A stretch of 63,498 nucleotides of DNA, the filler included, from Dirinaria sp. TL-2023a (taxonomy: Eukaryota): assembly GCA_051941275.1 (NCBI GenBank). It is 16 parts of 16 records of this genome, joined end to end, with 100 filler letters (N's around TTAATTAATTAA, not from the genome) between each part and the next. Parts side by side here need not be neighbours in the genome. Positions count along the whole stretch, not along the records: positions 12,011 to 15,911 come from JAVEBF010001945.1; positions 16,012 to 19,909 come from JAVEBF010001946.1; positions 20,010 to 23,896 come from JAVEBF010001947.1; positions 23,997 to 27,875 come from JAVEBF010001948.1; 12 more parts are not named here. The stretch is one strand, 5' to 3'. The notes beneath the pieces were generated by a model that did no database searches, was not told the origin of the DNA, and saw only the letters and a program-made list of their open reading frames with translations. Numbering within the stretch: position 1 is the stretch's first letter; each line of letters begins with the position of its first letter. Of this stretch, positions 12,419 through 26,838 are shown in pieces. The position numbers were made by a program, and so were the translations under genes.

Positions 12419-14538
12419 TTACGACGTCTCCCCCACCACCGCAACCTTCTGGTGCTCCGCGACCGCGCCCTCGAAGCGGTAAAGCGGTTCCAAGCGGGCG
12501 TTCTTCTGGCGCAGAACATGACGCTTGAAGAAGTAAGGCAGCGCCTTGGTGAGCTGGTAGGACATGTGCTTGCGGGTGGGGACGGCGAAGACGTAGTCGA
12601 GTTCCTCGAGCGTGCGCTGCTTGGTTTCGGGGACCCAGAAGAAGATCATGACGAGCGCGGTCAGGTTGAGCCCGGCGTAGAAGCAGAAGGCCCCGACTGG
12701 GTGGAAGGCGCGCAGCAGGCGCGGGAAGGTGATGGAGAGCACGGCGGCCCAAAAGAGGCACGTGGCCACGGCCCAGGCCATGCCGACTTCGCGGTGCGAG
12801 AGCGGGAAGACTTCGGCGCTGTACGTGAAGGGCACCGGACCCTCGCCGGGGGAATAGAAGGCGGCGAACAGGAAGATGAAGAAGGCGATCATGCCCAGAT
12901 GCGCGCGCTCCTGTTCCGGGATGATGAAGCAGAGACCGGCGGCGAGAAGGGTCCACGCCATTTGCGGGAACGTGAAGAGCAGCAGTGCCCGTCGGCCGAA
13001 GGTGTCGATGGTCCACACGGCTGGCCAGGCAAAGACAAAGTTCACCAGGCCGAAGCCGAAGGAGGCAAGCAAAGCCTCAAGTCTGCCGGCGCCCGCTTTG
13101 ACGAAGACCGTGGAGCTGTAAAAGGCAATGATGTTAATCCCGCACATCTGCTGAGCCAACATGACCGTGAAGGAGGCGAGCGTGGCACGGCGAACACGCG
13201 GGATCGTGAAGAGCTCGATGAAGCGGGTGATGTAGTTGCTCTGACCAATAATGTCTGATTCCTCGAGGATTTGCGCGTAGATGTAGTATAGATCGCGGGC
13301 TGCCTGCAGAGGGGTGTTCCGTAGGCGACAGAGCGATTCGAAAGCCTTGTCGTAGCGACCTTTCTTGATATACCAACGGGGGGACTCGGGGCAGAAATAG
13401 ACTCCGACCACGAGAGGTACCGCTGGGATAAAGGCCGAACCGAGTTGAAGACGCCAGGCGATCTTTCCCACGTTATAGACAGCCAAGTTGGCGCAGAACC
13501 CCAGGAAAATCCCGAATGCAGTCCACATCTGCCAGCTCATGACCAATCCACCACGAATCGCAGCGGGGCAGTTTTCGGCCGCGTAGATGGGCACGGTGGA
13601 GGCTTTCGAGCCCATACCAACGCCCAGCAGCAAGCGAGTAACGAAGAGTTGCTGCCAATTTTGGGTCACGCCAGATCCGATGACGGAGAGCAGGCAGAAG
13701 ATGGCGGAGAAGAAGATGGTGCCGCGTCGACCGAAGAAGTTGTTCAATGGGTCGGAGAGCCAGCAGCCACTGACATGTTCGATTAGCAGCCGCATAAGCA
13801 GGGACTAGGACGGGAGATCTTGCTTACAGTCCAGCGGAGGCAATGTAAGGGCCCGCATTCACCACGCCAACGATCCAGCTGTTGTAGTCGTAGTTGACAC
13901 CGGGGAGAGGGCCGCTATCGGGAGCAGTATCGGGCACGCCAAAAGCTTGAGGCCATGACAAGTTGGCGCCGTTCGACCCGGTCTGGTCCCAACCTTGCAC
14001 GGCAGCGCCGATGGAGCAGAGGATGACGGTGAAGTAGAGAGCGCGAGGCTGACGCCACTTGTGAAGGACCTCGTTACGAAGGGCATCGCGTTCATACTCG
14101 TCCAATTCGGGGATCTGCTCGAAAGCGGGCGGGTCTTGAGCGACCATGGCACCTTTCTGAAGCAAGGGGATCTTGTCGGTCATGTTGGCTTCGCGGGCGA
14201 AGTCTTCGACATTGCGCAAGAGTGTGTCGCGCGGAATGCCGGCGAGAGGATTCTGGATTCTGTATTGAGGTGGTCAGTTTGCATTTCTCTATCAAGAGTG
14301 TCGGGATTGCGGTGTGGATGCGTTCGTACCTGGCAGTGACATTGCGGTTCAAGCTCACAGACTGCTGACGGCTACCGGAGCGAGAAGGTGGCTTCTCATC
14401 GTAGGCCACCTCACTGTGCTGATATCAGTAATGATGGCCATCTTCTGGGCAGTCGCAATTCAATGCTAATGCGACCTGGCGATTCATCACTGACCCTTTG
14501 CTGTCAAGATGATCCGCGCCAATCTTCGTGTCGGCCAT
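12419..14538 (-). CDS. MFS sugar-porter transporter, polyol/inositol-transporter-like clade
   Basis: [46 protein letters not shown] motifs. Three introns; ATG at 14538 (MADTKIG). Confidence 0.92.
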
Positions 14539-17235
14539 CGCGAGAACACACTTCGGTAGTTGAGAGACAACCGAGTGCCGACAGCTTTGTGACTAATCCG
14601 AGAAAACTAGAGCGGAAGGTCAAAAGGAGTGAGCAGGAGCGACCTTGTTGTGATACAAGGCGTGTGGGGAGGGAAGAGAAAAAGAAGGAAGGAAATGGAG
14701 ACAGGGGGAAAGTGAGGATAAAGGAAGTGCGGGCAGCAGCAGAGGCGCGTCGAGTGATATTTAATATGGTTCCGGTGTGAAGGCGATTCTTTGTGGTGCA
14801 AGCAAACAAAACTGAATGAATGCAGCCGACTCGGGCCTTGGAAGAACTTCGGGGGAAAAGAAAGATCACACTCGCTTCTTCATCACTACCACCACAGTAC
14901 AGTAGTAGACAAGAGTGCTTAAGGTCACTATTTGACACTTACTACTACTACTGACTCGACACTTACCAATCGTGCTACCGACTCTAGGCTTGATCCCGGG
15001 ATGATCAAGCCTTGGCTCTGTCTCAAGGCTCATCTCACTACAGTCACTACTGTACACTCTCCTTTTACACGTACTAATGAGACGGTAGAGCTAATGCATG
15101 CTGGCAACGATTACGCAGGGTTTTGGCAGATCCATTGCCTTCCCAAGTTCCCATGTGTTTCACTGCGCTGTGACTGGCTCCCTGGCAACAACCGACCTGC
15201 TGCTGGATGCACGATACCATGTTACCTTGCAACCGGAAAGAGTCTAGACTCCCGTCCTGGGGTTGCGCCGACAACCAGCCCATACGACGGTGCACAATTC
15301 AATTTTTTTGACCTCACTACTACTAAACCCGAGCTCTTGCAATTCTTCTCCATCTTGCGAAACACATATATTATTTTTCTCACATCCTGAAGTTCATCGG
15401 GAATGATGACGGTGCCGTAGTGGGGGCCGAATGGACTGGAGTCGGTAGCGTTCTCGGAAGGCAGCGAGGCGTCGGGGCAATTGGATGATTTTGGGTGAAA
15501 TCGACCCTGCATCTGGATACATTAAATGCTTGGCACTGCATGCAGAGGGAAACCTGAAGGCTTGGACCGAGAGATTCAAAAAGCAACTGCCGTTCGGCCT
15601 CGTGGTTTCGTGCGACACCCGTTGTAGGTGTGTGTCATTGTAGATAAGGTAAGGTAAGTATTATTCCGTCCTCCATAGCCTTGGTTGCCTTGAGCTTTGT
15701 TGTCGGAATTTGGTGAGGGAGCACTGGACAGGCTCGTCAGTTGTCAGTCGACACTCGACAGAGCACAGATCCACAGGCCTGCATCTACAGTAACTCCGTA
15801 CGTGTAGAATATCAGCCCTGCAGCCATGCGGTGCAGCTTTGTTTCTGGCTGCCCTGGCCCTCAATAATCGGTCCGTAAACAGCAGAGCTCAAGGCTGATC
15901 AGAGCTCCACCNNNNNNNNNNNNNNNNNNNNNNNNNNNNNNNNNNNNNNNNNNNNTTAATTAATTAANNNNNNNNNNNNNNNNNNNNNNNNNNNNNNNNN
16001 NNNNNNNNNNNTGCGGATGGGGTTTGGGATAGTAGGTAGGGTGAGGGGATGGTGGTAAGAGTATGAAAATCGCTGGATTACTGCAGAGAGACGAGAGGAA
16101 GAAGAAGAAGAGGTTCTGTCATCAGAGGATGGCAGTGGAAATTTCTAAGATACAGTATGTGAAAGTTTGGATGAGGCGGACTGATTAAAAGCCAATCTGA
16201 GTCAGATTGATAAAGGCGTGCCAGAAACAAGCCATTGTGTTGGTTCGGAAGTGCCGACCTAAATATTATTGAAAGGAACAAGACATTTGACAAGGTGAGG
16301 TGGTTTTCGCAGATATGGAAAAGTACCGAGACGACGGACCAAAAGTAGATTTATTGTGGAGCCGGGAGATATGGGTTCGACTCGAACCGGAAATGGCCCG
16401 CGGGTTTGCGAACAAGCCACTACCTTACCGGGCCAGCCATGGTTCACCGACAATCTCATTCAATTTGAGGTTTGAGGCAGGGGATGCGATGGATTCGTGG
16501 ACCGTGCGTTCAATGTTGGATCTGGATCCTCCCTACTATGGTGTTGCGCAAAGCATGGATTGCTGTTGAGGAAGTTTGGTTGCTAAGAGGCGGGCAGGGA
16601 AAATTCTTGTGCTGTGTGCGCAGTAGAGACGTTGTGCAGGTTCCACGTGAGAGAGTTTGTAGGATACGCTGTCCTTGGAGGATCAATGGATTGCATTGAA
16701 TCTGGAAGCATCGTGTACAGTACAGCCTTCTGCCGTACGGTTGATCAGCTTTGCGATCTCATTGAACAGCAGTTTCGCCGGCTTTCCAGTTGTAAAGCAG
16801 AGTCACTTGAGCGGAGGAGAACCTGATGCCTTCAACCAACTCATGCAACTTGATTGCAAGAGTATCGTTTGACGAAGGCAAACGAGCATCTCTAGGTCAT
16901 GGACTATTGATGGAAGAGTTGATGATACTCTCTTGACCCTCAATCGCAAAATCCTGGGCGGGCAATTTTTAGGCGAGGCGGGCTCGGCTCAAGTTGCCAA
17001 GTTCATTTCATTGAATCAGTGAACTACGCGTCTGCAGCTTTTGCTGTTTCAATGTAAGGCCGAGCCTGTATGAGGCCCAGCTTTTCAAATCATGATCATC
17101 GATCTTCTCGCGATCTTTGAGGACGCCGCATAGCTTGACAATCTCTCGCGTCTACAGCGCAAGCACATCCAGGAGACTCCTCGATGGTCAGCTCGATGAA
17201 AACTAATCGAGCTGCATCGCCATTGATTGCTCGCC

Positions 17236-19909
17236 ATGGAGCGTTTCATGTTTCTGTTCATCTGCATCCTATTCCATGGCGTGTATATATGGACAATCTT
17301 TGACGTTTACTTCAAAAGTCCTATCGTTCATGGCATGAATGCTTATGAAGTAGACCGACGGCCTGGAATTGAAGCTCCTGCGCAGAGGCTTGTACTTTTC
17401 GTTGGCGATGGTCTCCGAGCAGACAAAGCCTTTCAGTCCTTCCCTGATCCATCACCCGCAAATTCAGATGCGCCAGGTGCTCTCGATCCCCGACCACTGG
17501 CGCCCTTCCTTCGCTCCTGCGTCCTGAAGCGCGGTACCTTCGGGGTGTCACATACGAGAGTACCTACCGAGTCAAGACCGGGCCATGTGGCTCTGATAGC
17601 AGGTCTCTACGAAGATGTATCCTCTGTCACCACAGGATGGAAGCTCAATCCTGTTAATTTTGATAGTGTCTTCAACCGGAGCAGGCACACGTGGAGTTGG
17701 GGGAGCCCGGATATATTGCCAATGTTTAAAGAAGGGGCTGTCAAGGGCCGAGTCGATGCCGAGACGTATGGGGAGGAGTTTGAGGATTTTACTCGAGGTA
17801 CAAAGTCCGACAATATCGGAAAATGGGAACGAGCGCTGACGAATGCCAGATGCGACGCAATTGGATACTTGGGTATTCGACAAAGCTAAAGGGCTCTTCA
17901 ATGCAGCTGTCAAGAATTCCACCTTAAATGCCATCCTTCGGCAAGACAAGAATGTATTCTTCCTACATCTTCTCGGCCTCGATACCACAGGGCATGCGTA
18001 CCGACCGTACTCGAAAGAATACCTACATAACATAAAAATTGTAGATCAAGGAGTTGAAAAAGTTACAAAATTGATAGAAGACTTCTACGCTGATGGTAAA
18101 ACCGCATTTGTGTTCACTGCAGATCACGGCATGAGCGACTGGGGAAGCCATGGAGACGGTCATCCAGATAATACCCGCACACCTCTAATCGCTTGGGGAT
18201 CCGGCGTTGCAAAGCCTCAGCTCGTTGCGCAAGGGAAAGCACCGGGGCATGAAGATGGCTTCTCTGCGGACTGGGGTCTCGACCAAGTACCGAGGCATGA
18301 TGTTGCACAAGCAGACGTAGCCGCTCTGATGGCTTACCTTGCTGGTCTTGAATTCCCAGTTAACTCAGTGGGAGAGCTCCCACTTTCATACATCGCCAGG
18401 AACACCAAAGAAAAGGCCGAAGCAGCATTAACAAACGCTAGAGGTGTGCTTGAGATGTACCATGTGAAGGAGGCTCGAAAGAAAGCCGACGTGCTTCGTT
18501 ATAAACCCTTTCCGCATCTGGGTGATGAAATGCATTCAGTCGAGCGCCGCGTACATGAGATAAGAGATACGATTGACAGGGGTGAGTACGAAATAGCAAT
18601 TGGCATGAGTCAGCTGCTGCTGCGTCTCGGCCTCGATGGACTTCGTTACTTGCAAACTTACGACTGGCTTTTCCTTCGAGCGCTGGTCACCTTGGGTTAC
18701 CTGGGATGGATTGCATTCGCGGCCGCAACTGTTATTGATATGCACGTGCTGCAAGGCCAGACAGGCCCTTCAAGGACAGTCTTTACTTCTGGTGTATTCG
18801 GCGCGATCGCGGTAGCAACTTTATCTTCCCTTTTCCTACGAAATTCGCCTGTAACATATTATGTTTATGCTGCGTTCCCTCTTTACTTTTGGGAGGAAGT
18901 CTTAGCACGACGAGGGTCTCTGTCTCTAGGATGTCGGCAGCTCTTTCGAGATGTACAATCGAGCAATGATTATATCATATTAGGACTAAAAGCCTTGGGA
19001 TTCGTGGCTATTTTGGAGGCCCTTGTAAGTCTCCGAATAGGCTGTTAATGGTTTCAAGACATCGCTCACATCCAGTGCAGGTATTATCATATGCTCATCG
19101 GACGGTATATACAGGTTGCTTTCTGATAGCAGCGTTCTGGCCCTTCTTCTACGGCCGCACATTTGCCACCAACAATAAAATCCTAATTGCGACGTGGACC
19201 GTCGCTTGTCAATGCATGAGCGTTTTTACCTTGCTGCCCGTCATCAAGATAGAAAGTACAAACCTAATGTACGCTCCACCATTCAAAACCATTTCGCATT
19301 GCTAATCAAAGAAATCCTAGATTACTGGGAGGCCTCCTTATGACACTGATAGGAGTTCTCTATCTCCTGTTCGAGACAAGCCTTCTTGCCTCGCTAGCCA
19401 GCGGCGGCTCTACAGCCACTGCCAGCGATGGGTTCTCTCGAACCATCCTTGGTGTGCAAATCGGATTAATCATGCTGGCCATGATCGTCACCCGATCAAG
19501 CATCGCCTCTATCCAAGCCAAAAAAGGTCTTCCAGCAGGAAATCAATTCACGGGCTGGTTTGTCCTGAGTACGCGATGCCCACCAAGCACATTCAATCCA
19601 AGCTTCCCACATATAATGACTAACTCTCGCAACAGTCGCATCCCTGACGATCCCCTTCCTCCACAGCCTGCGCAACAACACACACTACCTGCATCGTCTG
19701 GTGATAATCTTCCTCACCTTCAGCCCCATCTTCATCATCCTCACCATCTCCTACGAGGGGCTCTTCTACTTCGTCTTCGCCAGCACAATCGTCACCTGGG
19801 TCCGCCTCGAACACCACATCTACAGCTACCTGCACCACTCCCAACCTTCTCCCCACTCTCCGCCGCCAACCCCAAAACCCCTCTCCGCCGCCCTCCCAGC
19901 CATCAAAGC
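17236..19909 (+). CDS. MCD4: GPI ethanolamine phosphate transferase 1 (Mcd4/PIG-N), 3' truncated
   Basis: [51 protein letters not shown], followed by a multi-TM PigN region with introns. Confidence 0.96.
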
Positions 19910-20047
19910 NNNNNNNNNNNNNNNNNNNNNNNNNNNNNNNNNNNNNNNNNNNNTTAATTAATTAANNNNNNNNNNNNNNNNNNNNNNNNNNNNNNNNNNN
20001 NNNNNNNNNCCTCCCCCCTGGTCCCTTTCTTTTTCATCCAACACCTC

Positions 20048-22073
20048 TCACGCAGCAACGCCGTTCTCAGTAACCCTCTTATTCTTATTCTCCAAGGAAC
20101 CCCTAACGCCTCCCTTACCCCCAACTTCCCTTGCCGTAATCAGCACATCCAGATCCGCGCCCACATTAACCGTGACCTCGACTTTGGCTCCCTTCTTCAC
20201 GCCGCGCACCGCCGCCTCCGCGAGCACGGTGCCGGCTTTCCAGGTTTTCTCTCGGATTTCTTTTTCCTCTTCTTCTTCCGCGGATGAGGATTCGACTTCG
20301 CTGCTGTCTTCATCGGCTTCTTTCCGGGCTTTGCCATTGATTTCCGGTTTCGGGTCCGGTTTGCGGATCCGGATATCTCCGATCCCTTCGCACACTTTCA
20401 CGATCACGTCGCCGCTTTCGCGGCCGCTTGGCACGGCGAAGATCCCCGCCCGTCGACACGGTACTGCTGTCTCGGCCGGCAGCAGGCCTTTGAATACGCC
20501 TCGCGTCTCGTCTTCGCTTACTACGAGCACCCCGATTGCGTGTTGCAGGTGCGGTGTCGCGGTTACCATTGGGTGGATGGACTGTGTGATGTCATCGAGC
20601 TCGTAGTCGCTGATGAGAGAGGCTTGGATGGCGGCGCCGCGGGCGGAGAGGTCGGATGGGTTGATGGCTGTTGGGGAAGTGGAGGGGGAGAGGATGGTGG
20701 TTGTGGGTGGGAAGAGAGAGGTGAGGCGCCGTGCGATTAGAGGTGTGTGGGATGTGCCGCCTGAGAGGATGACCTGCGCAGTTTGTTAGGAAGGTCATAT
20801 GATTATGTGACTTTAAGGATCGCGAGAGAGTTGTTGGCCTGGTAAGAGATGCTCAGGTAGACATACCTCGTCAATATCCAGAACGTCAAGATCAGCCTTG
20901 CCAACCGCTTCTTCGATTAATCGCGTGAAACCGCCAAAGACTTTCCCTGCCAACAGCTCGTAGCGAGTTCGGTTCACGGTGGAGCTGAAATCGATGCCCT
21001 CTGCCAGACTCTCGATACTGCAAGCCGCGTTCCCACCCAGACTTAGCGCTTTTTTCGTGGCCTCGGCCTCCAGCTTCAGCTTCGCCAGGCTCCTAGTATT
21101 TTGTCTCGGGTCCGTCTTGTGTTTCTTGATGAATTCTTTCGCGAAATGGTCGATCAGAATCTGGTCTAATTGCGCGCCTGCCGTTTCATAGTCATGCGCC
21201 GTGGCTAGTATGCTATATATCCCTCCTCTCGAGGCAATCACGGCGATATCAGACCTTATGCCACCTAGATCTGCGACCAGAATGATCTTGTCACTTATTT
21301 TCGCGTCCGAGCGCGCATCGTATGCCAGCACTGCAGCAACAGGCTCGGATATGAACTGTAGGACTTCGACTCCAGCGTCCTTGGCTGATTTCGACAGAGC
21401 GGCTTTTTGTTCGTCGGAGAAATTCGTAGGAATGGTAATGACAGCTGCATTGACTTTCTTGCCCAAGAAGTCGGAGGCGGAGGTGGCGAGGCGACGAATA
21501 TGCCGTGTAGTGATTTCTGATATAGGTACGATGGAGGGCGTGGAGGACGAGTCCGCAATGGAGAAAGCGATTGTGGACTCGTGTTTCTGTGGATGTGCGG
21601 AGGAATGGGAGGGCGTAGGATCTATGGAAGTAAAGCTAGGCGACGTTAGTATTCCTGATTCCCATGTAAGGCTTCAGAGAGAATACTCTTTGCCGATGTA
21701 ATCTCGGAAGTAGGCGACAGTGTTCAGGGGATTGCGGACGAGTTGCGATTTTGCTTGGGTACCATGGTATTCTTCGCCTTCAATGTAAGACAGTATCGAG
21801 GGTATTTGTCGGTCTGATTCGGAGATGGTTGTCAGCGACTGCGAGTAAGTGCACGAAGAGTGGCTGTCCTACCTCCTTCTTCGTTTGCTATTACTTCAGC
21901 CTTCCCTTCCTGTGCACATATTCGAATTAGCAGAGTCCCCACGCACGATTCCGATAATGCTAACGGTGGCTTACTCCAGAGGTATGTGCAATTGAGCTAT
22001 TCGAATTGCCGAATGATATGCCAATTGCGCAGACTTCTGCGGGAGCAGCCTCCTTGCTTTCGTCTGCGCTCAT
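20048..22073 (-). CDS. SSZ1: Ribosome-associated atypical Hsp70 (RAC subunit)
   Basis: IGISFGNSNSSIA, IANEEG, VADLGGIRSDIAVIASRGGIYSILATAHDY; short C-terminus GKGGVRG. Confidence 0.93.
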
Positions 22074-22379
22074 AGTGACTGAGCAGAAATTGGGTGCTTT
22101 GAACGAGTGTCGAAGCTTTCTATGGGAGCTGCGACCGGTTTGGCGTTCTTAACATGATTGTAAAAGTCTCTCTTCGTCGAGCATTCAAACTGCTATTCTG
22201 GCTGTGAATATTAATTAATACCTTCTCGAAGTCACCCAAAATTTTGGCAGTAGCAGATCCCACGGGAATAAAAAAGTAAGCTTTTCTACATACGACGGTT
22301 AAACTAAGCTCGATCAGGCAGACTTCTAGAACACGCCTGATCTGCCAATAATCCCAACCTTCTAAACCTCTACCAAGCA

Positions 22380-23173
22380 ATGTCGACGCTGGTTCTTCCT
22401 GGCGAAGAGATACCACCCGATGTGCTACCAGTAGCACCAAGCTCCTCAGCGACCCTCAAGCTTGGCCCCGGTCTTCGCCATGTTCCACCATCCACCATAA
22501 CCCCTACTTTGGCCGGTCCGCTTTGCGTAGACCGTAGGAAAAACACAGTATGGGTCGAGAATAATAATGGCAGGGTCAGAGCGCGATCCCACTCACGGAG
22601 TTTTCTACGACCATAGACTAAAACTGCTCGGTTTCCCAGTACATACCTCATGCCAACGATATCATCCTCGCAACTGTCCATCATTCTTCGACAGATTACT
22701 ACCATGTCTCCATCACGCCCTACACGACTTTGGCTCTCCTTCCCCAACTGGCCTTCGAAGGTGCGACCCGCAAAACACGCCCTCAATTGCTCCCTGGTAG
22801 CCTTATCTACGCTCGCATTCTGTCGGCTCCAAAGCATATGGACCCGGAGATTGTATGCTACAACCCATCAACAGGCAAGGGTGAAGGCATGGGAGAGCTC
22901 AAAGGCGGGATGGTTTTTGAACTTGGCCTTGGCATGTGCAGGAGGCTGTTGATGAATCGACAGAGAGAGGACGGAGGTATAGCAGTGCTTGAAAACATAG
23001 CGGAAAAGGTAGCCTTCGAAGTTGCTGTGGGAAGGAACGGTCTTGTTTGGGTCAAGGCTGGGAGTGTGAAGGAGACTTTACTAGTAGGTAACGCACTGCG
23101 CGAAACAGATGCAGATGTATTGGGAGTAGAGCAGCAAGAGAAGCTTGCTAGGACGCTATTAAAACAGTTTTAG
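22380..23173 (+). CDS. RRP40: Exosome cap subunit Rrp40
   Basis: LKLGPGL, LPQLAFEGATRKTRPQL, GELKGGMVF, FEVAVGRNGLVWV; one intron at ~22575-22640. Confidence 0.94.
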
Positions 23174-24716
23174 TGCCTAGTCAAGCAGGCTCTATGTTCA
23201 GGCTGGCCTACAGCCAACCCGGTAGGTTGAATTCTCAGAGAATGCTCGGAGATGGCGGCCCATTCTCTTCTGGGTGGTTTCTGTAGTGATCTCATATATG
23301 CAGAACAGTGTAAAATTCACTGTATGTGGTTCATTAAATTGCTTTTATCGATCAGTTTATGCTCAAACTGGGAAAGATTTTTTTACTCTATTCTTAAGCT
23401 ACAGTGATCATTATCCAATCCATGAGAAGCAGCCCAAAAAGTAACATCGCAAAACTGAACAATAATCTTGCTTGAATCTGACATGCATCCGAGGTCAGCT
23501 GTAAAAAGAAGCAGCAAGTAGAACGAATGCGAATCTGTATTCTAGTCTCCTCCAAAATGGCCATATCCTATTTCCTTGTACAGGACCCCAAAATGAGTCG
23601 GAAGGATTTAAGCACCTCTAAAGTAGGCCTTAAGCTGGAGGTTCTTCCAATTGGGAGCGAATGGCGAGTTTGTCCTTCCTCTATTTCGACATCGTGATCC
23701 AGGATGTAATGATCTGCCCTTCTAACCAGCTGGTTCCTTGAAAATGGGAGTTCTTCTCCAACCTGTCATGCTTCTTTCCACACAAACGATCAGTGTTGAA
23801 TGCCGTGCGAACTCAGTTAGCTAAGCCATCTGCGGGACTATTGATATCTTGACTGTGTCTCCGCATTGAATGATCAATATCCCGCTTAAAGGCTGTNNNN
23901 NNNNNNNNNNNNNNNNNNNNNNNNNNNNNNNNNNNNNNNNTTAATTAATTAANNNNNNNNNNNNNNNNNNNNNNNNNNNNNNNNNNNNNNNNNNNNGAGA
24001 GAGAGAGAGAAAAAGAGGGCGTGTGGCTGATATGGATTATAAAACAGGGCCTTCGCGGATTTCCTCCTCGGCAGCCTGATCCTGCATTTCTTCTGCGTCA
24101 ATTTCGTTAATTGAAACCCCTCCCTTTCCAAAAAAAAAACACCAAGAAAAAAGGTCCGGAGGGAAGGGGATGGTGGGTAGGCCGAGGGAAAGAAAAGAAT
24201 ATCGAGCAGGGCGTGAGTTGGTTTCTTCCACACTGGAACCGGGATTCGTTGAATGTAACTGTACTGTATAATATACATGGGGTTTTCAGAAAGATTGAGG
24301 TAGTGAGGGACACAGGTTCGGATTTTCACACAGGCACGCGAATAATATTAGGTGGTGGTGGTGGTGGAATTATGTGGCGTGGTAATGAATGGTGTATGGT
24401 CTTACAGTTATGGGTACTGTAGGTACAAGTAGAGACCTGCCCCCAAAAAAAACTTATTTCCGCCTGGCGATATTTGATGAGGTCACTCAAGCTTGTATCT
24501 ATTTATGTATGTATGCAATGCAATGCATGCAACTTCCAGATCCATGATTAATGTACGTAAAGTACCATGACTGATCTAGTCTCTACCGGCCCTCTCTCAT
24601 CCAAAAAAACACGTTACTCACCTCAAAACCCCCTCAGCAAACCAAAAACCATCCCCATCCCCACCCATTGACCAAAGTATGTAGGAATGGAAAGCCAGCA
24701 TTTATCTTTATCTGAG

Positions 24717-26838
24717 CTAATGGCCATTGACAACCCCATTGACAACCCCATTACCATCCCTCTCCTGCTCCTCCAACCCAAAAACAGCCCCCAACGCGGC
24801 TCCAAAGCGAGCCACCGCTTCCCGGACGGCCTCGGAACTCGCGGCCGCGAAGGTCATGCGGAAGAACATGTCGTCCGACTGCGTGGGCTCTGGTGCGTCC
24901 TGCTGCTCCGCGCGGAACCAGCTGCCTTTGGACGCCAGCACGCCGCGGTCGATGCACGCGAGGTGGATCTCGTCTTCGATGGCCAGGAGGCCCTTGGTGG
25001 TGGAGGCCGCAGGATGTTTGTGCCAGAGGATCTTGATCCAGAGCTAAAGAAAGGAAAGAATTAGACAAGGCAGGCGTTAGTGCACGATTGCGTCGAAAAG
25101 AGGGGGGTATTGAGAATGCAGGCGCAGAGAGGATGTGGAGAGACGTACGAACATGCCTGCCATGGGCGGATCAAAGGTAGCCACTGCCTTCGGCAAGCAC
25201 CGCTCACACGCTTCGCAGATGTTGTCTCTGCGGCTGGTGTACTCGACCCTGAGGTTCATCAACCAGTCCAAATATCCGTCGTGGCCCCACGTCTCCTCCA
25301 GCAGCTTGAATAGGATAAGCTGACTTGGTCCGCTGGGGCTCTGCGTCGAGACTTCGGCGTGTCGTACATAGCGCTCTATGATCTGTTCGGAAGCAACGAT
25401 CCAGCCCGTTCTCAACCCAGGCGCGACCACTTTGGAGAACGAGTCCATTCGCATGACCCGGCCGTCGGTGTCCATACTGAGGTATGAGGGCACGAGGGAA
25501 GCTAAGAATTCTCCATGGGATGATGGTGGGGGGATAGAGGGGGAGTCGAGACCGGTGTAGGGTTGCATTTGCAGGTAGTAGTAAGGCTCGTCTTCTAGGA
25601 TATAAATATCGTGTTGTTGGGCAATCCTGTAGATGTCTCTCCGTCGCTGCTCGGATTGTGTAGCACCCGTCGGATTCTGGCCTGTGGGAACGGTGTAGAG
25701 CAGCCAGGGTTTCGACGCACCTTGGTGTGCGGACGGATCCCAGTTGGCGAGGATATTCTCGAGCGAGGAGGGGAGCAGGCCTTCAGAATCCATGTCGATG
25801 CCAATGCATTTCACACGCATGGGAATCGCGGTTTCAAGAGCGGAGCAGAACATGTAGTTGTCTGTGAGCACGTAGTCGCCCCGAACGGTGAACATCCGCA
25901 GAGCCATATCAAGAGCAGAGGTGTTGCCGACAGTCATGGCGCACTGCCAGTCTTGATAAGGAGGATTGTGAACAATCTGACGATAAGATCAGATCCAAAC
26001 CGATGACGCCAGGACAGAAACAGGAACTTGTACCTCCGTATGCTCCGTGATGAAGCGAAGAAGCTGCGCCGAGCCTGTTGCTTGTCCATAATTGAAGGCA
26101 ACATGCATGTCTACCAGAACCTGAAGTTAGACAGACCCGATCTCTTATGGTGAGCTTCCAGGAATCATTACCAAAGATACTCTTGCCCTCGGCGATGTCT
26201 CGCTTTCCTGCACTCTTGACAATACCAGACTCTTTGGTAGCAGCCTCGGAGAAATCAGGTGGCGCAGGTACTTTGATATCGATCCGTTCAAAGGGGAAGT
26301 ATTCGCTCGAAGGCAAGCCTCCACCGAGGGAGATCAGACCTGGAAGTCTCATTGTAAGCTCGGGGCATTACATGGATGAAGAGGCTCAAGGGCTGACCTG
26401 GCTGTTGGAGGTATCTCGCGGCCCCTTTCAAGGACGATGGCTTTTTGTACTCATCAGCCCATTCCCTGCACTGCTTGTGTGTCAAGTGAATTCTCACTTT
26501 CCTCGACGTGCTCTCTTCATTCAATCGGTCTATGCATGATCAACTTTAACTACGCCTTCTCTTCCGATGTGTACCTGTGGACATACGATCCCATTTCTTC
26601 GCCTTCGGCTTACCATAACCCTGTCAATGCATCAGCGACCGCGGCGTCAACACCCTTACCACTCGCTTATTCCTACCGGACTCTTGAACATGTCACTGCT
26701 TGCATGCGCAGCCACGGCCTTGCTGATGGGCGAGTGCTTCGAGCGTCGAGCCTCGACCCCATTGACGCTCATGCGGTCGGAGAAGGTAACAGCCTGTGTG
26801 TCAGTATCCGCCTGGGGATCCATCACAGAAGGAGCCAT
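24717..26838 (-). CDS. ARO8: PLP-dependent aromatic amino acid/2-aminoadipate aminotransferase (Aro8-like)
   Basis: ISLGGGLP, YTVPTGQNPTG, ILEDEPYYYLQ, RMDSFSKVVAPGLRTGW, FFRMTFAAA; multiple introns. Confidence 0.88.

Noticed and set aside
12452..13258. 268-aa antisense ORF
   Set aside because: Shadow of the GC3-rich transporter exon.
24037..24231. Short acidic ORF ending EEEIREGPVL
   Set aside because: Protein-like tail but no identifiable family or upstream exons.
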